Of a DNA stretch of 45,022 nt, positions 37,208 to 45,022 are shown one piece after another. Numbering within the stretch: the stretch's first letter is position 1; each line of letters starts with the position of its first letter. The position numbers and the translations under genes were made by a program. The stretch spans positions 1-45,022 of the forward strand of contig MRSU01000151.1 of NCBI GenBank assembly GCA_008369845.1, written 5' to 3'. The notes below the pieces were generated by a model, which saw only the letters and a program-made list of their open reading frames with translations, did not search any database and was not told the origin of the DNA. This DNA is from Trichomonas gallinae. Lineage: Eukaryota.

Positions 37208-38146
37208 ATGGAACCCCACTTATCTATGAGGAATCAAGAAATTGCTCTTCCTCCGAGTTATTGGAGCGTTCTTTCACAAGAAGATCGCGCGGAATTCATG
37301 CGATTGCGTTCAAATTTCCTTCAGGGGCAAAAAATTTCATCAAAAGATAGAAGAATCGTTACTTTTAGAAAAGAGTTAATCACAGTTCTTAAATTCATCG
37401 AGCGTAGTGATGTTCATCAAGAAGAAAGAAGTGTTCTCGTTGGCGTCTGTTTCGCAGGTCCATTCATCTGCGTAAATACGCGCCAATTGAAGAATTTCTT
37501 AGGCAGATGTAAATCTTCAATCAATGGAAGCTTTCAACAGATGGGTTATGTAGCTTTAAGAACTAAAGCGAAAGCGAGGAGTTGTGTTGTTGCTGTAATG
37601 CCTTCTCTTCAGAATGAACAGAACATATTAAGGCAGTGGACTGTCCGTTGCGCATCCAATGATGCTCATTTTTGCTTCCTATCCTCTTTTTCACATGTTC
37701 AATTACCAACAATTACAGAAGATGATTTATATGACGAAAAAAGACCAACAGCTGCACAACCACTCGCTCCACCACAGCCATTCCAAGCGATGCCAAGACA
37801 ATATCAACAGTTTCAGCAGATGCAACCATTCATGCCGCAACAAATTCGACAAGCACCACCAACAAAGCCGCGCCAGATCGAGCTCGACCTTCCAAATGTG
37901 GATGAAGGAAGTCCTTTCGATCCAGAAACACCTCACGTTCATTCTGATCTTGCTACATCTATGTCTGTTGATTGTTTCTCATCTATGAATTACGGAAATG
38001 ATGCTTGGGACGATGCCACTACAGCATTTGACGGCCCAACATTTGATTGGGATTTGCAAATACCTTCAAATACAAAGACAATGCCTCACTCAAGTTCTGC
38101 GTTTTTACCTTCTGTTAAAGATTGGGATCCTTTTGATGATTTCTAA
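37208..38146 (+). CDS. Initiator-binding-domain (IBD, IBP39-family) transcription factor
   Basis: YWSVLSQEDRAEFMRLR, RSVLVGVCF, ICVNTRQLKNFLGRCKSSINGSFQQMGY and LRQWTVR are IBD hallmarks. Gln/Pro-rich and acidic C-terminus. ATG at 37208. Confidence 0.9.
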   Translation: MEPHLSMRNQEIALPPSYWSVLSQEDRAEFMRLRSNFLQGQKISSKDRRIVTFRKELITVLKFIERSDVHQEERSVLVGVCFAGPFICVNTRQLKNFLGRCKSSINGSFQQMGYVALRTKAKARSCVVAVMPSLQNEQNILRQWTVRCASNDAHFCFLSSFSHVQLPTITEDDLYDEKRPTAAQPLAPPQPFQAMPRQYQQFQQMQPFMPQQIRQAPPTKPRQIELDLPNVDEGSPFDPETPHVHSDLATSMSVDCFSSMNYGNDAWDDATTAFDGPTFDWDLQIPSNTKTMPHSSSAFLPSVKDWDPFDDF

Positions 38147-38550
38147 GGAATATATATAAAGTATGGATTTATATTATCGTTAATAGGTCTATTTTTTAGC
38201 TATAATCATCCGCTTAGATCACAACAAAACTATATAGACATGAATTATTGACTTTCGGCAACAAATTTGATTTTCTCCAGAAAAATTTCGAACCGATGCC
38301 CTAAAATATTAATGATTTATTAAACACACAATAAAAAGATATTAATTCCAATAATAGATAGAGTTTGAATCATGAAATTTATTCGAAAATTGATCGAAAC
38401 CTTAATTAACAGTCAATATTTTGTTCATTTATTCAATATTTTGACGCCAAAAAGAGAATTATGTATTGGTAAAAGATAAAGATGATTTGATTTTGATATT
38501 CAAGATAAAAAATTAACAAATTTAAGGAAAAACAATAGAAAATTAATACA

Positions 38551-41500
38551 TTATATATTGAGGTTAGGATCAACCCTAAGTTGATAGCAGTTGTCCATAA
38601 CTTTTTGGAATCCATGACGGATTCCATTTGATTCTAGCATATCTACAACCATTTCAGAGCATGTAACAGTGCCTTGGAGCGCGTGCTGAGTCAAAGGCAT
38701 TACTTCACATATCGCAGAGCCACTTATATCAATAGTACCAAGGCGTTCTTCGTTCATTCCGAAAACAGCATTGCCGCAAGTAACAACACACGTTGGAGTA
38801 ATAGAAATTCCTTCATATTCATTAGAGACAATGCACAAAGAGAAGTCTATTGCCAGTGTTATAGCTTGTGCTACTAATTGGAAAGGCGGTAATCGTTTAT
38901 TGACACCGAAAATTATCGTAATTTGTCTGGCTGAACTCTTGATAATATCAAAATCTCCGAGAAGACGAAGATGCTGGTCCAGCATCTCCATGACCATCTG
39001 GTTAGTTTCTATCATTGCGTCATCGTCGTTTTCTGTTACCGCGTAAACAGAAGCTGACAAAACTGCGACGAAATCAATCTCATGGCAACCGTTCCTCCAG
39101 TTGGCGAATCTCTTTGGACCAATGTCGCATCTGTATGATATAATTGTCTCTTTGAGCTGCTCCAATTCGTGTGTGACTTTCCTTTCTTCTAGCTGCTCCA
39201 TTACTATTAGAATTTTATACATTTGATTAACGTCGACGATCTTCATTTTGTCCGCAACAAGCGGCGTGAATTCTTGTAGGCTCATGCCTATGAAAGCTGA
39301 CTCCTGCTTCTCGAAGAAAGCGCACCAGCTTGAGTTGACTGTAACAATGAGACTGTCTGTTGTCGCCAGTGCCAGTGGACTTGAAATCGTGTCGAGAATG
39401 AACTGCGCAGATGTTTTATACTTTGACTGTTTGAGTGTTCTGATTGCCGTGCTTGTGTTTAATTCCATAACTATCTTCATTAACTCTTTGATTTCACTTG
39501 TCAACTCGTAGAACTCTAAAAGCTTGATGAAGAAGACCCAGAAGAAAGATAATATAATACAGTAAAACATTTCGCCGAGTTCTGCATGATATATCAAATA
39601 TTTCTGTGATTCGAGGAGTCTGTCTAATGTGTTTGCCTGCGATATATTCAATATTGTTGGTAAAGTCAGTTGCTCGAAAATTTGTCTTAGCTGATCATTA
39701 GATTCGAATGAAGTATATAATTCTGTTGGCGAGGAGTAGTTAATTAGAGCCAGTTGTAGAATGGAAAGAGGCAGCTCTGTGCGAGTGGACCTAATATTGT
39801 TTGCTTGACCTGTTTCAGCGAAAAATTCCAAAGATCGAGAGACATAATTCGTCAGGTTCTCTTTCGTGACTAATGTTGTATAATTAGTGACATTGTATAA
39901 CTGGTAAGCATTGATGGCATTGAATGCGTAGAACACTGATCTTGTGTCTGATATAGTATTGACAATAAGATCGGAGAAGGTCTTCTTTGCGGAGCTATAC
40001 AATGCTAATTCAGAAAAGTACGACGCGACAACTAAAATAGCAATCAAAAAGATGTTACCTATAATAGAAGACAAGTAAAGTGGCGGAGATTTGTAGTATT
40101 TCCTCAAATAAGCGACAATGATATTGACTTTGAGGTTCTCGTCATTGAATATCTGGAATACATGATAGGACCAAATGATGTGGAAAATAGTGTAACTAAG
40201 TAACAATCCTAAAGCGGCGAAGAAAGGAATATAGACAATCGAAATTTGTCTTCTTGCTGCCTTTTGGTGACACGTTAGATATTTTTCGCTCATCTCTGTT
40301 GAAACTGTTGCTTTTCCGTCAGCGATTTGCGTACTTAACACGCTGAATGTGTTGACGATATATTCGAGCCATTTGTCATCTACCCTTGCTCCGTCTGCTT
40401 CTGGGAAAATTGTCAAAATAATGTTGTATATTTTATCGATGAATATGTGGAAAGGCATAGGCACTCTGTACTGGTTATCGAACACTGGGGCGCTGATCAT
40501 GAAGCTGCTGTTGCTTATATAATCGTTCATGCACGAATCTGTCTGGAAAGGTTCAGCCAAAACTAGGTATGAATATCCGCCTCTCACCTTGTGGAATTCG
40601 TCACTACTGTTACATATACATTCACTCTCTGAATTGTCGAATAAGCCTTCAGCAACGGGGATAACTGTCGTCATCTTTTGGAAGAAGAATGAAGTAAATT
40701 CTATGTATGAGTTTTGGAGATAAGTGAAAACATCATCTTCGTCCGCGTACATTTTCGCTGTGACGAAGTTGACAATGAAAATTGCAATAACACAGACTCC
40801 AGATAGGAATAGCAGGAAATATGCAATGAAATAGCGAGTGTTGTAGGGTCTATACTTGTGAGAAAGATGATGGGACTTTTTTGCTGATTCTTCACAGGCA
40901 AGGCCAGACTCTTCTTCGCTGAATGACTTTAATTCGCACTCATTCTGTTGTACGATGTTCCTCTGTGCATGTGGGAACAACGTTAAAGGAATTGTAAATA
41001 ATATATCACAATATTGCGAAGAATCGTTCTCTAACTGAGATAAATTGCGTTTGAGTAGTTCCACATTCGCTTTATCCTTAGTAACATATGTTTCGTAAAG
41101 GATGCATAATTTGATAACTTGAATATTATTCGGAAATCTTGCTCTGAGTTCGTTAACGAATGAATATATCAAAGATCTCATGTGATGAAGTGATTGTATT
41201 AAATAAAAGTTAACTTTTGGCTTATTTGTTATATTTTTCGCATATAATATTTCAATCATTGGGAACGATGTGATTTTTTGTGTGACACCAACTATAGCAT
41301 CCTGGTATTCAGCCTTCATTTCTGAAACTGATCGCATATCATTTATCAAATCATATTCGTAAATGACAAAAGCATCTGATCTTGAATGGGGAGCATCCCT
41401 GAAGTTTGAATCCAAGAATGACATGTACAGTGGCGGATTTTTGAAGAGCGTTGCATATCTAATCATTATTTGTTCAAGATCTTGAATATTAAATCTTTGT

Positions 41501-42636
41501 ATCGCCCAATCTAGGAGTTGTCCATTGATTGCCGATGGGACACCGCTTGAAAATCCTGCGCGGAAATAATGAACAAGATGCCAAACCGATCTGATGTGTA
41601 ATTTATCGAAATCCGTGTCTACATCCTGAAGTTTATGCGCTAATTTCTTTGTTATCAATGATAAAATGTATTGTAACAGATAATAAATAATTATCCAAAT
41701 TACGAGTAATGAATATATATATAAATCCGAACTTCCAGTTACACCACCACTGTGTAGAGAAGCGAAAATACCAGCTACTATGAATGTAATACCAAAGGCT
41801 CCCATATATGCATTTGCATTATTATGAATATAGTGTGAGCAGAAGCATTTAATTACGAAGAATAAGCCATATGCCATATATAGTGCTGCAAATGCGCCGA
41901 AATAAAGCTTTGGAGCGTTGATTTTAATGCCGAATGTTACTAAAAAGTTAATAACCACTAAAGAATTGTGGAATAAAACCGGCGAAGACAAACAAGCTTT
42001 AGAACCGGCCAGGTAGAACTGAGAATTGAAGACTGTTTGGTAATTTAATTTATTAACATAAATCATGATCGATATAATGATAACTTGAACAACGAATTGC
42101 GGAATATAGTATGTATAGTTTCCGAGGATGACTTGCGCGAATAGATTTGCTGTTTGCGAAACGAGAATTAACAATGAAAAATCTGTGACTTCGACTGAGA
42201 ATATGTAAATCAGTAATGTTATGGGCCTACTTAGCGAATAATGCTTCTTAGTGGCATATAATCCGTATATGAAGAAGAACAAGCAATAAATTCCGATACA
42301 ACTTATTATTATACAGAGAAGTAGATTTGGCTCGTCTCTAGGCTGCTGGAAGAAGAAGCAGATCAGCTTTTGGTATAATGTTGTTGTTCCATTATTTTTT
42401 GCATTAACAATGCTCAATAGCGAAACAATGTAAATCTGCTGCAGAAATCTCAGCACGCTGAAAAACCTTTCAATGTAATAATAGGAAGAAGCGAGTCTTA
42501 GTAGTGATTGAGCGTTGCGGAACAATCTTTCATCTTTTTCGCATAGATGCTTAGGCTTGATGAACTGTATTTCCGCGAACTGCTTGTTAAGGATCTCACT
42601 CTGGAGGATGCCCTCATTTTCCGAGGAATCCTCCAT
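38551..42636 (-). CDS. Multipass membrane protein of the trichomonad transmembrane cyclase type, with PAS-like and degenerate class III cyclase domains
   Basis: 1361-aa intact ORF with an N-terminal TM cluster and further TM segments. PAS-like ILDTISSPLALATTDSLIVTVNSSWCAFF...FIG. C-terminal VTCGNAVFG...TIDISGSAI...GTVTCSEMV follows the cyclase fold pattern. Confidence 0.75.
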   Translation of the reverse strand: MEDSSENEGILQSEILNKQFAEIQFIKPKHLCEKDERLFRNAQSLLRLASSYYYIERFFSVLRFLQQIYIVSLLSIVNAKNNGTTTLYQKLICFFFQQPRDEPNLLLCIIISCIGIYCLFFFIYGLYATKKHYSLSRPITLLIYIFSVEVTDFSLLILVSQTANLFAQVILGNYTYYIPQFVVQVIIISIMIYVNKLNYQTVFNSQFYLAGSKACLSSPVLFHNSLVVINFLVTFGIKINAPKLYFGAFAALYMAYGLFFVIKCFCSHYIHNNANAYMGAFGITFIVAGIFASLHSGGVTGSSDLYIYSLLVIWIIIYYLLQYILSLITKKLAHKLQDVDTDFDKLHIRSVWHLVHYFRAGFSSGVPSAINGQLLDWAIQRFNIQDLEQIMIRYATLFKNPPLYMSFLDSNFRDAPHSRSDAFVIYEYDLINDMRSVSEMKAEYQDAIVGVTQKITSFPMIEILYAKNITNKPKVNFYLIQSLHHMRSLIYSFVNELRARFPNNIQVIKLCILYETYVTKDKANVELLKRNLSQLENDSSQYCDILFTIPLTLFPHAQRNIVQQNECELKSFSEEESGLACEESAKKSHHLSHKYRPYNTRYFIAYFLLFLSGVCVIAIFIVNFVTAKMYADEDDVFTYLQNSYIEFTSFFFQKMTTVIPVAEGLFDNSESECICNSSDEFHKVRGGYSYLVLAEPFQTDSCMNDYISNSSFMISAPVFDNQYRVPMPFHIFIDKIYNIILTIFPEADGARVDDKWLEYIVNTFSVLSTQIADGKATVSTEMSEKYLTCHQKAARRQISIVYIPFFAALGLLLSYTIFHIIWSYHVFQIFNDENLKVNIIVAYLRKYYKSPPLYLSSIIGNIFLIAILVVASYFSELALYSSAKKTFSDLIVNTISDTRSVFYAFNAINAYQLYNVTNYTTLVTKENLTNYVSRSLEFFAETGQANNIRSTRTELPLSILQLALINYSSPTELYTSFESNDQLRQIFEQLTLPTILNISQANTLDRLLESQKYLIYHAELGEMFYCIILSFFWVFFIKLLEFYELTSEIKELMKIVMELNTSTAIRTLKQSKYKTSAQFILDTISSPLALATTDSLIVTVNSSWCAFFEKQESAFIGMSLQEFTPLVADKMKIVDVNQMYKILIVMEQLEERKVTHELEQLKETIISYRCDIGPKRFANWRNGCHEIDFVAVLSASVYAVTENDDDAMIETNQMVMEMLDQHLRLLGDFDIIKSSARQITIIFGVNKRLPPFQLVAQAITLAIDFSLCIVSNEYEGISITPTCVVTCGNAVFGMNEERLGTIDISGSAICEVMPLTQHALQGTVTCSEMVVDMLESNGIRHGFQKVMDNCYQLRVDPNLNI

Positions 42637-42744
42637 TCTAGATTTTTTCGATAGAAATTTATTGTAAACATATCAATACTTTCTACGAGGTTCTCAAAAA
42701 TCGTCACATTTTTACAACAAAAAGTGACAAAAATTTCACTTTTT

Positions 42745-42885
42745 TAAAACAAAAACAACAAAAATCGATTTTATCACGAAAAATAAATATACTACCAATA
42801 GTATTATCTTATTTTTCATTTTAATTTTACAAAAACAACTAAAATCGATTTTGATTGGAAAAATTGGTGTATTATCATATGTAGT
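42745..42885. repeat. Imperfect duplication with 80-bp offset upstream of the cyclase-like gene
   Basis: CAAAAACAAC(A/T)AAAATCGATTTT at 42750 and 42830, with weaker downstream similarity. Confidence 0.6.
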
Positions 42886-43356
42886 CTCTAGATTTTAACA
42901 AGATTTTTCAATTCAATACGAATGTTCAAAAAATCGAAAAGACTGTAAATATATTATCTACAACATATTTACAACAACCTTTGGATTTCAATTCAAAAAA
43001 ATCATTTTCAAAATTTTATGAACAAAAAAAAGTCGCTTAAACATGTAGTTTATTGTCAGTAAATTAATATAACTGAATATTTTTAATTTTTTACTTTAAA
43101 AATCAATAAATTCACATGAATAATCACGAATTTTAACCTTCTAGAAAGTTTTTACATATCAGTGAATGGACCAACTATATATTGACGTATCTACGAATTC
43201 TACAAATTTATAAAATTTTGAATCAACTGAGTTATCAAGCATTGGAAGTAGAATTCTTTGCAACTTACTTGTGTTGTTAAGAAATAATGAGGCTCTTAGA
43301 GAATAATATGTTATTTTCAAAAATTTAAATGGGAAATGTTTAAAAAATTAAGTAAT

Positions 43357-45022
43357 CTAAATGAATACTTCGGCATCGTTGTCTTGAATGGCGCCATCAG
43401 CAGTAATATCTTCTGAACCTGAATCAAAAACATTTTCCTGGTATAATTTGAAGTTGTTCTTGATATTTAATGCGTTTTCATTTGTTGGGTCAACATCATC
43501 ATATACGTTCATGTGAGTTTCGGCATCTTCTTTCTCAATATCATCTTCTTGTTCTCCTTTTTCGGAGTTCTTCTTCTTGATGATGATGAAAACGATGATA
43601 GCAACAACAATGAGGAGCAAAACAACTACAACAGCAACAATTATGGGGACTAGTGAACCTGGTTCATTTTCACTATTTCTGTTCAATTGGTTGGGAGACC
43701 CGAAATCTTCACTCTTTTCGATTATAATTGTGACAGTAGTCTCTTCAGAAATTGGAATCTTATTTTTTTCATTGTCAACAGCGAAAACCTTGAGGGTGTG
43801 TTCTTTACTTATTTCCAATCCTTCTGGAACTGGAATGGAAATATCAATAGATTTTTCTTCCAAAAGATTCCTAACAGAGTTGGATTCGCTTAATCTTACA
43901 TACTTTTTATCGAGGATTTTAACTTCACTTTCGCCAAATTTATAACCGAATGTCAATGATTCCATATCTTTGAAATTAGACAATGTTAGAGTGAGATTAA
44001 CGAGATCATTAGGTTTGAATTTATTATTATTAACATTTTTGATGTCTGATTTAATGAAAATGAAGTAGATGATTTTGATATCCTGTGTGGACTTTTCGAT
44101 GTTGGATGCTTGATTTACAACATCGGTGAACTGAGCAAGAAGTCTGTATTTATTAGAAGCAGTTGTATCGGGAACTTGGAATGAAAATTCACAAGAACTA
44201 TCTGTGCATGAAGAAATAGCAATGTTTTCAACAGGTTGCAACTTGTCAAAATTGTTTTGAGTTTTGCTTGAAGCATCGAAAAGAGCAGCTTTAACTTTTC
44301 CATTTGTAGCATCAAATGTGTTGCTTATTGTGGCTTTGAAAGTCAACTTTGTACCGGTTTTAATAGCTGATTCTGATGGAGAAGACAAGGTTAATGCAGA
44401 TAATTTTGGCTTTCCATACAATTTAACATTGATATCCTGGCTAGCTCCAACAGTGCTGCCGCTGACTAGGGCAATAGAAACTGAGGATTGACTATGTGTG
44501 ACACCAGCATTGCTTAAGTCGATGGAGTATTTTTGAGAGTTAGATCCAAGTGTGACAGGGATATTGTAATTATCTGTGGTTCCAACTTTGGCCATAAGAT
44601 TGTATCCACCAACCTTTTCAATGGTGCATGTTAAGTCAATGGTAGATGTAACTGTGTATTTAGTATTGGGTTCTAAAAGTGAGCATTTGATTGAATTGAC
44701 ATAAATTGTTAAACTAAATGTAAGCGACTTGCTTTTCTGTTTTTCAATTTGATAGAATTGGACTTTGACCTTATAATCACTGCCTTTTGTAGCAGTTCCT
44801 GGGATTGTCAAATCAAATGTTGCTGCATTATCATATAAATCGATAGTTTTAGTTTCCATAACACCAATCATGTTTTCATTCTTGTAGAGACCATATTGAA
44901 GTGTTCCAGCGACACCTTGAACAACATTTCCGATTGTCACACTAAATGAAAGTTTTGTTTTTGCCTGAATTGTCTCTGGATCTGATGGTGAAGTTAGTGT
45001 TAGCTGAGTTATTGTTGGAGTG
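43357..45022 (-). CDS. Repeat-containing type I surface protein (Ig-like/Bap-like), 5' end outside window
   Basis: The frame stays open to the window edge (TPTITQLTLTSPSDPETIQAKTKLSFS precedes the tracked ORF). Thr/Ser-rich beta-type repeats, TM LVPIIVAVVVVLLLIVVAIIVFIII + KKK, and an acidic tail. Confidence 0.85.
   Translation of the reverse strand, partial: TPTITQLTLTSPSDPETIQAKTKLSFSVTIGNVVQGVAGTLQYGLYKNENMIGVMETKTIDLYDNAATFDLTIPGTATKGSDYKVKVQFYQIEKQKSKSLTFSLTIYVNSIKCSLLEPNTKYTVTSTIDLTCTIEKVGGYNLMAKVGTTDNYNIPVTLGSNSQKYSIDLSNAGVTHSQSSVSIALVSGSTVGASQDINVKLYGKPKLSALTLSSPSESAIKTGTKLTFKATISNTFDATNGKVKAALFDASSKTQNNFDKLQPVENIAISSCTDSSCEFSFQVPDTTASNKYRLLAQFTDVVNQASNIEKSTQDIKIIYFIFIKSDIKNVNNNKFKPNDLVNLTLTLSNFKDMESLTFGYKFGESEVKILDKKYVRLSESNSVRNLLEEKSIDISIPVPEGLEISKEHTLKVFAVDNEKNKIPISEETTVTIIIEKSEDFGSPNQLNRNSENEPGSLVPIIVAVVVVLLLIVVAIIVFIIIKKKNSEKGEQEDDIEKEDAETHMNVYDDVDPTNENALNIKNNFKLYQENVFDSGSEDITADGAIQDNDAEVFI

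Noticed and set aside
1..45022. Maverick, Tc1/mariner or Mutator elements, tRNA/rRNA genes and spliceosomal introns
   Set aside because: I saw no transposase, integrase or polymerase motifs, no cloverleaf and no ACTAACACACAG-type intron end by eye; tRNAscan or Infernal would be needed to exclude small RNAs.

Overview
This is eukaryotic protist DNA, almost certainly a parabasalid of the Trichomonas type. The evidence is compact genes with no obvious introns, very AT-rich spacers, TCATT initiators and CCTTT (M5) elements just upstream of ATGs, stop codons embedded in TAAA, and an IBP39-type initiator-binding-domain gene. About 19 coding regions are supported: a type I membrane protein, CFAP46, RPL18a, a Gly-rich protein lacking an in-frame ATG, two coiled-coil proteins, a Rictor-like protein, RPL29 (missed by the ORF track), a SAPS-like protein, Vps16, a beta-adaptin, an EAF-domain protein, an ARM-repeat protein, GalE, an EGF/IPT membrane protein, p23, an IBD protein, a multipass PAS/cyclase-like protein and a 5'-truncated repeat surface protein. 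The spacers hold decayed ankyrin and BspA-like gene fragments, a foldback element, short duplications and arrays of TG(A/T)CA/TTTACA motifs. The best leads are a Rictor with a C-terminal villin-headpiece-like module, an intact but apparently catalytically dead transmembrane cyclase, and regularly spaced promoter-motif arrays. I saw no tRNA, rRNA, CRISPR array or intact transposon. All homology calls come from remembered family motifs, not from searches.
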